DNA from: Eledone cirrhosa
Lineage: Eukaryota
Reading direction: 5' to 3'
Assembly: GCA_964016885.1 (NCBI GenBank)
Contig: OZ024763.1
Coordinates: forward strand, 25,792,001 to 25,856,000
DNA length: 64,000 nucleotides
The notes under the pieces were generated by a model, which saw only the letters and a list, made by a program, of their open reading frames with translations, made no database searches and was not told where the DNA came from. Both the position numbers and the translations under genes were made by a program. Shown here piece after piece: positions 12,471 through 23,836 of the stretch (its first letter is position 1; each line of letters opens with the position of its first letter).

Positions 12471-12998
12471 CACTGTTTGGGTGGGGTGGTTCAACCAATT
12501 TTGTTGCTTATTATTATTATCTTCATAGGGCGGTGGATTGGCAGTATCGGTAGAGGGTCGGACGCCATGCTTTGACGTATCGAGTTACGGCCCTTGCCAT
12601 TCTGATTTCAAATCCCGCCGAGGTTAACTTTGCCTTTCATCCTTATGGGGTCGATAAAATAAAGTACCAGTAATACACTGGGTATTTCCTGGCCTTGTGC
12701 CTAACGTAGAAAGAATTATTATTATCTTCATTCCCATTACCAAAACCACCATCAGGATCTTTACCCTTCCCACCACCAACATCCTCCCCATCACCAACAT
12801 CCTCCTCACCACCAGCATCCGCCTCACCACCATCCTCATCCTCCACCACCACCATCATCCTCCATCATCCTCCACCATCATCCTCCCCACCACCATCATC
12901 CTTCCCCCCACCACCATCATCCTCACCACCCTCATCATCCTTCCTCCCACCACCATCATCCTCACCACCACCATTCATATCCTGTTTCTCTTTTCTAG

Positions 12999-13208
12999 GG
13001 CCAAGCCGAGTTAGATATTCGTAATAATCGTCTACAGACCCCGCTCCTGCTTGCTGTGTCCCAGGGCCATATAGGACTGGCTGACTTACTGATATCGAAA
13101 GGAGCCGATATCAATGCTGAAGATGAAGATGGCGACATCTGCTTACATCTGGCACTCCTCAGACAGACGGTTGGAAGCGAAAGTGAACACTCACAGGTAC
13201 TAGACGGC
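12999..13208 (+). CDS. MIB2: MIB2 exon (ankyrin repeats)
   Basis: ttctag acceptor, GGC|gtaagt donor; GQAELDIRNNRLQTPLLLAVSQGHIGLADLLISKGADINAEDEDGDICLHLALLRQ... Confidence 0.9.
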
Positions 13209-13254
13209 GTAAGTGGATACATTTTGTACATAAAACACAGATACACGCATGCAC

Positions 13255-13329
<75 letters not shown>

Positions 13330-13464
13330 TTACATACACCCATACTTTTAACACTGAATATCCAATACATGTAAAAGTTTTGAGTGCTTAAAAAGGTACC
13401 ACCAGTAGTAACTAATATTACTCACCAACTGGCAGCTATATATTTAGATATATATATATAATAT

Positions 13465-13866
13465 CATCATCATCATCATCACTGGTTTACCTTCGTTCCT
13501 CCACGCTAGCATGGGTTAGACGAGTTGTCCTGTTTGTGGGCAGTGTCCGGTCGGCTGACCATGTCTTGCTCATACGGGAACTGACTGATTCTGGCCTGAT
13601 TTCTACAGCTGGATGCCCTTCCTAACACAACCTCATTTACAGTGAGTGCTGGGTGCTTTTTTGCCGTGGCACCTCCACGACCACTTTGCAGTGGAATGAT
13701 AGGGACCCCAGTCCCTATCATCTCATTTCTACAGCTGAGTAAACTGGAGCAATGTGAAATAAAGTGTCTTGCTCAAGGAAACAACACATCACCCGGTCTG
13801 AGAATTGAACTCACAACCTTTCGATTGCAAGCCCAACGATCTAACCACTAAGCTATGCGCCTTCAC
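13465..13866 (-). mobile_element. tRNA-derived SINE family B with RTE-derived 3' tail (also 27672-28010 +, 32698-33042 +, 61250-61660 -)
   Basis: tggtttagtggttag A-box, gagttcaattc B-box, ccttgagcaagacac core; 3' end shared with the RTE 3' UTR; (GAT)n tail. Confidence 0.85.
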
Positions 13867-14027
13867 TATTATGTATATGTATATACATATATATATATGC
13901 ATATATATATATATATATGTGTATGTATAAACAAAATTAAAATTTGATTTTTCACTCTCACACAGTGGATTATATGAATACATTTATTTTATGTACGTAT
14001 TTAATTTCTTTCTCCATCTTTTGACAG

Positions 14028-14203
14028 ATTCGCACAGAACTAGGTTTAGGTGAGGAAGATGAGCGTTCAGGTGTTGTTGTAGCGTGTTACCTTGCACAGC
14101 AAGGTGCAGATATCCATCATAAAAACCACCGAAAAGTCATACCACTCGACATCATACATGACAAACTATTAGGAGAAAGGGTGAAGCGGTTTGCCTCAAT
14201 TTC
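14028..14203 (+). CDS. MIB2: MIB2 exon (last ankyrin repeat / linker)
   Basis: gacag acceptor, TC|gtaagt donor; IRTELGLGEEDERSGVVVACYLAQQGADIHHKNHRKVIPLDIIHDKLLGERVKRFASIS. Confidence 0.88.
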
Positions 14204-15300
14204 GTAAGTATGGAGAAACAATAGCACTGCAAAAATAAACTTTTCCTTGCATTGCTTTTAATATTTTCATATTTGTTTTCGGTTGCTAAATACAGTCAGG
14301 GGTCGCTGCTTTTCCTGAAGGTCAATAGTTCTTCTAACTCGAGCGGGAGCGCCTTTCCATTGTCAATTTGCATTGATCATCTGCAAAGCTGCATTGATCT
14401 ATGTTATATACACACCATTATATACAGTTATATACATAATATACACACCCAGAGTTATATATGTTATATACACACCATTATATATACCAATATACACACA
14501 TCATTATATATACACTATTATATATGCACCATTATATATCTAATCTAATCTATTCTGGTTGAGTCTACACTCGCAAATAAGAAGAAACAGGGCCGCCCTT
14601 AGGAGCATTGGATTTGGTGTACTTCATATTTGTTTTGATTGCTGAATACAATCAGGGGTCGCTGCTTCTCCTGAGAGTCAATAGTTCTCTTGTAACTCGA
14701 ACAGGAGTGCCTTTCCATTGTCAATTTGCATTGATAATCTGCAAAGCCGCATTGTTCTCAGAACCACTACACCAGTCTTTCGTTGTGTGCAGCGGGAACT
14801 ACTGCCACCCATTGATTTGGCAGGATTTTTTTTTTTTTAAATTACTTATTTTATAGCATGTGTGCGTATATATAACATATTTTATCTTATTTATAAATAG
14901 TCGCAAAACCAAACAGCTTGTCTTGTGCTTATTTGTCAGGGCCTATGAGAGTGGGGTCCAGCTGGTACTTTGTTCTGGGGCCCAAGAGCTAAGAAGGCCG
15001 CACAGCAACCATGCAACATCCATTTTGAGAAAAATCTTTGCCTGCTTCGGGCCCCAAAGGGTTCTTGTACCACCTTGTAGAATTTCTCTTGAAGGCCCTG
15101 TTATTTGTTACAGTTCCTTGTGCACTGGGGCCAGTTGTATCAACCTTAATGCACTGAAACAACTTACCTTCAGCTATCAGTTGATGAGATGGAACTCTCT
15201 GTGTTTCGTTCGTTTTTCCGTTGTCGTCGCCCATATTTTTTATTATTTTGTATGATTTTAGCTACGTGGGGTCCTTTTTTCAAATATATATGTATGTGTT

Positions 15301-15332
<32 letters not shown>

Positions 15333-15525
15333 AAGTATTTCCATAGAAAAGGTAAAGGAAAGAAGAGTGCTCTATGTATAGTACAGAGCTATTTAATGAC
15401 ATAATAAACAACACAATATAATTATTCCATTACCAAAGGTTTCAGGAGACTAGACTATCTTTACAGAAACGTCCAGAATAAGAAAGTGTGAAGTATTTCA
15501 GATGTTAAAGTCCTTTATTGATAAG

Positions 15526-15599
15526 GCTGTGATACATATTTCAATGACGACAGTGGCCATGCAATCTGCCTAATCCGTGCTATGATCTCATCAGACAGC
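15526..15599 (-). ncRNA. Minimal type I hammerhead ribozyme
   Basis: Minus strand: gctgt CUGAUGA [45-nt stem II region] GAAA tatgta UC acagc; AATAAA just downstream. Confidence 0.65.
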
Positions 15600-15904
15600 T
15601 TCTTACATAATAAGGTTACGTTCTCGAGGCAATCCAAATTAAAACGATAAGGGAACAGACAAAGACAATGCCCTTGAAGCCTTTGTGTATTTAGCAAAAT
15701 ATAACTGAATCATTATCAATCATATATATGAAATTAGGAGAATAATATTACATTAGGTATGACTCAAAGTTATAGCTGCCATATAGAAGGTACTAATCGA
15801 GTTGTTTGAGGCAATCACAAAGCACTCAGTATATACATATATATATATGTATATGCATATATATATATGTATATATATATGTGTATGTATATATGTATAT
15901 ATAT

Positions 15905-18900
15905 ATAAAAACAAATAACAAAACGAAATTAAATTTCGTTTCGTTTGTAACTCACTTTTGTATGACTGACGCTTAAACAATTAAGTTAAAAATGTACATC
16001 TACATATGCATACTGAAATACTAGTGTGTATATGAATACACACACGTATACATATGTAGGTGTAACAAGTCTTTCACTGGTTGCTTTACTGTGAGCAACC
16101 CAGCTATTTTGTATGTAAACACACAGACAAACCGGTTTTTAGAGTCATACTGGTTTTCGGGGGAACACCTTCCCTCTATTCTCCAGAAAGCCAGACAAGG
16201 AATATTGAACTAGTTTCGTTGTTGTTACAACTCATCAGCAATATTTACCTATCTACCGGCCCCTCTGGAGAATTGTAAAAGCACATATCGTTATATGCTT
16301 TTTCTATGAAAATTAGTAGTGGGCAGACTAATTTGCATAGAGTGTGAGTACGCACCGGTTCAGCGGAGACGATAAAAACAAATAACAAAACGAAATTAAA
16401 TTTCGTTTCGTTTGTAACTCACTTTTGTATGACTGACGCTTAAACAATTAAGTTAAAAATGTACATCTACATATGCATACTGAAATACTAGTGTGTATAT
16501 GAATACACACACGTATACATATGTAGGTGTAACAAGTCTTTCACTGGTTGCTTTACTGTGAGCAACCCAGCTATTTTGTATGTAAACACACAGACAAACC
16601 GGTTTTTAGAGTCATACTGGTTTTCGGGGGAACACCTTCCCTCTATTCTCCAGAAAGCCAGACAAGGAATATTGAACTAGTTTCGTTGTTGTTACAACTC
16701 ATCAGCAATATTTACCTATCTACCGGCCCCTCTGGAGAATTGTAAAAGCACATATCGTTATATGCTTTTTCTATGAAAATTAGTAGTGGGCAGACTAATT
16801 TGCATAGAGTGTGAGTACGCACCGGTTCAGCGGAGACGATAAAAACAAATAACAAAACGAAATTAAATTTCGTTTCGTTTGTAACTCACTTTTGTATGAC
16901 TGACGCTTAAACAATTAAGTTAAAAATGTACATCTACATATGCATACTGAAATACTAGTGTGTATATGAATACACACACGTATACATATGTAGGTGTAAC
17001 AAGTCTTTCACTGGTTGCTTTACTGTGAGCAACCCAGCTATTTTGTATGTAAACACACAGACAAACCGGTTTTTAGAGTCATACTGGTTTTCGGGGGAAC
17101 ACCTTCCCTCTATTCTCCAGAAAGCCAGACAAGGAATATTGAACTAGTTTCGTTGTTGTTACAACTCATCAGCAATATTTACCTATCTACCGGCCCCTCT
17201 GGAGAATTGTAAAAGCACATATCGTTATATGCTTTTTCTATGAAAATTAGTAGTGGGCAGACTAATTTGCATAGAGTGTGAGTACGCACCGGTTCAGCGG
17301 AGACGATAAAAACAAATAACAAAACGAAATTAAATTTCGTTTCGTTTGTAACTCACTTTTGTATGACTGACGCTTAAACAATTAAGTTAAAAATGTACAT
17401 CTACATATGCATACTGAAATACTAGTGTGTATATGAATACACACACGTATACATATGTAGGTGTAACAAGTCTTTCACTGGTTGCTTTACTGTGAGCAAC
17501 CCAGCTATTTTGTATGTAAACACACAGACAAACCGGTTTTTAGAGTCATACTGGTTTTCGGGGGAACACCTTCCCTCTATTCTCCAGAAAGCCAGACAAG
17601 GAATATTGAACTAGTTTCGTTGTTGTTACAACTCATCAGCAATATTTACCTATCTACCGGCCCCTCTGGAGAATTGTAAAAGCACATATCGTTATATGCT
17701 TTTTCTATGAAAATTAGTAGTGGGCAGACTAATTTGCATAGAGTGTGAGTACGCACCGGTTCAGCGGAGACGATAAAAACAAATAACAAAACGAAATTAA
17801 ATTTCGTTTCGTTTGTAACTCACTTTTGTATGACTGACGCTTAAACAATTAAGTTAAAAATGTACATCTACATATGCATACTGAAATACTAGTGTGTATA
17901 TGAATACACACACGTATACATATGTAGGTGTAACAAGTCTTTCACTGGTTGCTTTATTGAATATTGAACTAGTTTCGTTGTTGTTACAACTCATCAGCAA
18001 TATTTACCTATCTACCGGCCCCTCTGGAGAATTGTAAAAGCACATATCGTTATATGCTTTTTCTATGAAAATTAGTAGTGGGCAGACTAATTTGCATAGA
18101 GTGTGAGTACGCACCGGTTCAGCGGAGACGATAAAAACAAATAACAAAACGAAATTAAATTTCGTTTCGTTTGTAACTCACTTTTGTATGACTGACGCTT
18201 AAACAATTAAGTTAAAAATGTACATCTACATATGCATACTGAAATACTAGTGTGTATATGAATACACACACGTATACATATGTAGGTGTAACAAGTCTTT
18301 CACTGGTTGCTTTACTGTGAGCAACCCAGCTATTTTGTATGTAAACACACAGACAAACCGGTTTTTAGAGTCATACTGGTTTTCGGGGGAACACCTTCCC
18401 TCTATTCTCCAGAAAGCCAGACAAGGAATATTGAACTAGTTTCGTTGTTGTTACAACTCATCAGCAATATTTACCTATCTACCGGCCCCTCTGGAGAATT
18501 GTAAAAGCACATATCGTTATATGCTTTTTCTATGAAAATTAGTAGTGGGCAGACTAATTTGCATAGAGTGTGAGTACGCACCGGTTCAGCGGAGACGATA
18601 AAAACAAATAACAAAACGAAATTAAATTTCGTTTCGTTTGTAACTCACTTTTGTATGACTGACGCTTAAACAATTAAGTTAAAAATGTACATCTACATAT
18701 GCATACTGAAATACTAGTGTGTATATGAATACACACACGTATACATATGTAGGTGTAACAAGTCTTTCACTGGTTGCTTTACTGTGAGCAACCCAGCTAT
18801 TTTGTATGTAAACACACAGACAAACCGGTTTTTAGAGTCATACTGGTTTTCGGGGGAACACCTTCCCTCTATTCTCCAGAAAGCCAGACAAGGAATATTG

Positions 18901-21745
18901 AACTAGTTTCGTTGTTGTTACAACTCATCAGCAATATTTACCTATCTACCGGCCCCTCTGGAGAATTGTAAAAGCACATATCGTTATATGCTTTTTCTAT
19001 GAAAATTAGTAGTGGGCAGACTAATTTGCATAGAGTGTGAGTACGCACCGGTTCAGCGGAGACGATAAAAACAAATAACAAAACGAAATTAAATTTCGTT
19101 TCGTTTGTAACTCACTTTTGTATGACTGACGCTTAAACAATTAAGTTAAAAATGTACATCTACATATGCATACTGAAATACTAGTGTGTATATGAATACA
19201 CACACGTATACATATGTAGGTGTAACAAGTCTTTCACTGGTTGCTTTACTGTGAGCAACCCAGCTATTTTGTATGTAAACACACAGACAAACCGGTTTTT
19301 AGAGTCATACTGGTTTTCGGGGGAACACCTTCCCTCTATTCTCCAGAAAGCCAGACAAGGAATATTGAACTAGTTTCGTTGTTGTTACAACTCATCAGCA
19401 ATATTTACCTATCTACCGGCCCCTCTGGAGAATTGTAAAAGCACATATCGTTATATGCTTTTTCTATGAAAATTAGTAGTGGGCAGACTAATTTGCATAG
19501 AGTGTGAGTACGCACCGGTTCAGCGGAGACGATAAAAACAAATAACAAAACGAAATTAAATTTCGTTTCGTTTGTAACTCACTTTTGTATGACTGACGCT
19601 TAAACAATTAAGTTAAAAATGTACATCTACATATGCATACTGAAATACTAGTGTGTATATGAATACACACACGTATACATATGTAGGTGTAACAAGTCTT
19701 TCACTGGTTGCTTTACTGTGAGCAACCCAGCTATTTTGTATGTAAACACACAGACAAACCGGTTTTTAGAGTCATACTGGTTTTCGGGGGAACACCTTCC
19801 CTCTATTCTCCAGAAAGCCAGACAAGGAATATTGAACTAGTTTCGTTGTTGTTACAACTCATCAGCAATATTTACCTATCTACCGGCCCCTCTGGAGAAT
19901 TGTAAAAGCACATATCGTTATATGCTTTTTCTATGAAAATTAGTAGTGGGCAGACTAATTTGCATAGAGTGTGAGTACGCACCGGTTCAGCGGAGACGAT
20001 AAAAACAAATAACAAAACGAAATTAAATTTCGTTTCGTTTGTAACTCACTTTTGTATGACTGACGCTTAAACAATTAAGTTAAAAATGTACATCTACATA
20101 TGCATACTGAAATACTAGTGTGTATATGAATACACACACGTATACATATGTAGGTGTAACAAGTCTTTCACTGGTTGCTTTACTGTGAGCAACCCAGCTA
20201 TTTTGTATGTAAACACACAGACAAACCGGGTTGCTCACAGTAAAGCAACCAGTGAAAGACTTGTTACACCTACATATGTATACGTGTGTGTATTCATATA
20301 CACACTAGTATTTCAGTATGCATATGTAGATGTACATTTTTAACTTAATTGTTTAAGCGTCAGTCATACAAAAGTGAGTTACAAACGAAACGAAATTTAA
20401 TTTCGTTTTGTTATTTGTTTTTATCGTCTCCGCTGAACCGGTGCGTACTCACACTCTATGCAAATTAGTCTGCCCACTACTAATTTTCATAGAAAAAGCA
20501 TATAACGATATGTGCTTTTACAATTCTCCAGAGGGGCCGGTAGATAGGTAAATATTGCTGATGAGTTGTAACAACAACGAAACTAGTTCAATATTCCTTG
20601 TCTGGCTTTCTGGAGAATAGAGGGAAGGTGTTCCCCCGAAAACCAGTATGACTCTAAAAACCGGTTTGTCTGTGTGTTTACATACAAAATAGCTGGGTTG
20701 CTCACAGTAAAGCAACCAGTGAAAGACTTGTTACACCTACATATGTATACGTGTGTGTATTCATATACACACTAGTATTTCAGTATGCATATGTAGATGT
20801 ACATTTTTAACTTAATTGTTTAAGCGTCAGTCATACAAAAGTGAGTTACAAACGAAACGAAATTTAATTTCGTTTTGTTATTTGTTTTTATCGTCTCCGC
20901 TGAACCGGTGCGTACTCACACTCTATGCAAATTAGTCTGCCCACTACTAATTTTCATAGAAAAAGCATATAACGATATGTGCTTTTACAATTCTCCAGAG
21001 GGGCCGGTAGATAGGTAAATATTGCTGATGAGTTGTAACAACAACGAAACTAGTTCAATATTCCTTGTCTGGCTTTCTGGAGAATAGAGGGAAGGTGTTC
21101 CCCCGAAAACCAGTATGACTCTAAAAACCGGTTTGTCTGTGTGTTTACATACAAAATAGCTGGGTTGCTCACAGTAAAGCAACCAGTGAAAGACTTGTTA
21201 CACCTACATATGTATACGTGTGTGTATTCATATACACACTAGTATTTCAGTATGCATATGTAGATGTACATTTTTAACTTAATTGTTTAAGCGTCAGTCA
21301 TACAAAAGTGAGTTACAAACGAAACGAAATTTAATTTCGTTTTGTTATTTGTTTTTATCGTCTCCGCTGAACCGGTGCGTACTCACACTCTATGCAAATT
21401 AGTCTGCCCACTACTAATTTTCATAGAAAAAGCATATAACGATATGTGCTTTTACAATTCTCCAGAGGGGCCGGTAGATAGGTAAATATTGCTGATGAGT
21501 TGTAACAACAACGAAACTAGTTCAATATTCCTTGTCTGGCTTTCTGGAGAATAGAGGGAAGGTGTTCCCCCGAAAACCAGTATGACTCTAAAAACCGGTT
21601 TGTCTGTGTGTTTACATACAAAATAGCTGGGTTGCTCACAGTAAAGCAACCAGTGAAAGACTTGTTACACCTACATATGTATACGTGTGTGTATTCATAT
21701 ACACACTAGTATTTCAGTATGCATATGTAGATGTACATTTTTAAC

Positions 21746-21751
<6 letters not shown>
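15905..21751. mobile_element. Retrozyme-like array 1: 467-bp hammerhead-bearing monomer, about 9.5 copies (ribozyme on -) then about 3.3 inverted copies (ribozyme on +), flanked by (TA)n
   Basis: Unit starts at 15905, 16372, 16839, 17306, 17773, 18131, 18598, 19065, 19532, 19999; inversion at about 20228; 12 hammerhead cores. Confidence 0.9.
20524..20617 (+). ncRNA. Hammerhead ribozyme of array 1 (representative; + cores at 20558, 21025, 21492; nine - strand cores from 16232 to 19859)
   Basis: aatattg CUGAUGA gttgt-aaca-acaac GAAA ctag UU caatatt; stem I extends to ttctccaga/tctggagaa; palindromic stem III CTAG. Confidence 0.92.
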
Positions 21752-21789
<38 letters not shown>

Positions 21790-21793
<4 letters not shown>

Positions 21794-22363
21794 CCCAGTA
21801 CAACCTGTCTCATGGTCGGGTCGTTGGCGACTAAACTGGCAACCCCACCAAGGTTTCTTGGTGAGGAGGGTGACTTTGGACATAATGCAGGACTAAAAAC
21901 GAAACCTGTCAAAGGGCAAAGGAGCTCTTAAGAGTCAATGGCCATCCAAAATCACCGGGAGAGATGACCCCTTAGCCTTTGTCAAGGCAGAATTCTAGGA
22001 GAAGGAAAACTCTGATATAACACCTGCAACTCTGATGGTATCCAATGATGTTGACTTGTTCTTCTTTTTGGTAAATATCATCTTGGTTAAGAGAGGGGGA
22101 CTGGCTTTGTGCAGTGCCTTTGCTCACTATAAAAGCTTCACGGCACAGGCATTGCTTTATATCTGGAGATCTCTCTGCACTTGTCGTCACAGGGTACCAT
22201 GGGCCCAGCACTATGTGTCAATAATTGTCACAAGTGTAGTGTTTGTACCAGAGTTTTCAAGTCGCTGGCTGGACTAAAAAGTCACACTCGTTCAGCGCAT
22301 CAGTAGGGGTTCTCCTACATGGATATAAAGTAGTGGCCATACTCGAAAACGAGTTGGCAGCCA

Positions 22364-22365
<2 letters not shown>
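21790..22365 (-). repeat. Interspersed repeat of uncertain class (related diverged copy at about 28013-28500, +)
   Basis: Shared start ggctgcc...tcgtt-tcgagtat-gccat and shared internal blocks; flanked by (TA)n. Confidence 0.5.
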
Positions 22366-22414
<49 letters not shown>

Positions 22415-22492
22415 TCTCGGGAATTTTACCCACTATAGATAGATATATATGATGTAGGACAGAACAACGGAGAAACACAAAATAAAACCCTA

Positions 22493-22535
22493 GTCACTGA
22501 GGAGGTCGCAGAATGTGTGACGAAAGAGCTTTGAC
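22493..22535 (+). ncRNA. Degenerate minimal hammerhead
   Basis: gtca CUGAGGA g gtcgca-gaatg-tgtgac GAAA gagc UU tgac, inside a ~250-bp TA-flanked insert. Confidence 0.5.
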
Positions 22536-22843
22536 AATATATAAACAACCTTCTGGTTATCGAACCAACCAACCAACCGGAAATTTATGATAAATTGAAG
22601 TGAAAACCAACAAGTGAGTGTGTTTTTATTGGTAACATGACCTTCCCAAAGTATAACAATATGTATATATATATATATATATATGTATATGTGTGGTAAG
22701 GGTGGGTGAGAGTATGTGTGTATTTTTCTCTCTCTCTGTGTGGCTATATTGATTCATTTTTTTTCTCTCTCTCTCTCTCTCACTTTCTGTCCTTGTCTCA
22801 TTTTATTTTTTCCACATATCATTCCTTTTTCTTTCTTCCAAAG

Positions 22844-23040
22844 AAGGAGTCATAAAGCTGCAGGCCAAATTGAGGGTCCCAGAAACCATATCAATGACTG
22901 TGTGGTGTGCTCTGATAAACCAGCCAATGTGAAATTCCAGCCTTGCGGCCATGTTGTTACCTGTGAAGACTGCAGCCTAAAAATTACAATTAAAAAATGT
23001 ATCCAGTGTAAAGTGCCTGTAATTAGTAAAATTGGAGTTG
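22844..23040 (+). CDS. MIB2: MIB2 exon encoding first RING finger
   Basis: Polypyrimidine tract, AAG/AAG tandem acceptor, G|gtaggt donor; CVVCSDKPANVKFQPCGHVVTCEDCSLKITIKKCIQCKVPV (C3HC4); phases 2 and 1 fit neighbouring exons. Confidence 0.9.
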
Positions 23041-23477
23041 GTAGGTAGAAGGTTCTATATCTGTCTGTCTATATAGCTATCTATCTATCTATCTATTTTT
23101 CTATCTGTCTCTCTGTCTAGCTGTCTGTCTGTCTGTTTAGCTGTTTGTCTATCTCTCTGTCTGTCTGTGTGTCTATTCATGTGTCTGTCTGTCTATGTAT
23201 CTATCTCTGTGTCTATCTGTATCCAGTGGAATCTCCCTGTAATTAGTAAAATTGAAGTTGGTAGGTAGAGGTTCTATATCTGTCTGTCTGTCTGCCTGCC
23301 TGTCTGTCTGTCTGCCTAGCTGTCTATATGTCTTTATGTCTGTGTGTCTATCTATCTGTCTGTCTGTTCGGCTTCGTACATTATATATATCTGTGTGTGT
23401 ATATACATATATATATATACAACTTTAAATAGGTTTAAACATTTGGAAGTCTGACAATGCGTGCAAGATCAAAGGTG

Positions 23478-23532
<55 letters not shown>

Positions 23533-23836
23533 AAACTGGGACGGGAACAAAAACAGAGAGGCAGTACAAAGGTTTATTAGGCTCACGCTCTTATATATAT
23601 ATTAAAAAAACACACAGTCCACGATGTAATGTGGCCGTGTAGGTAACAGTAAAAACCTCCCAGTCCACACTGTAAACGTGGTTGGTGTTAGGAAGGGCAT
23701 CCAGCCGTAGAAAACCCGCCAGACAGTCCTATACGAGCAAGACAACCAATCTTGCCTCAAGTGGGAAAATTCCCGTCCAAACCCATGCTAGCGTGGAAGA
23801 TGGACGTTAAACGATGAGATATATATATATATATAT

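Noticed and set aside
16081-21649. Eleven identical 65-aa ORFs
   Set aside because: Start at TTG, run antisense to the ribozyme and have no recognisable motif; by-product of the tandem array.
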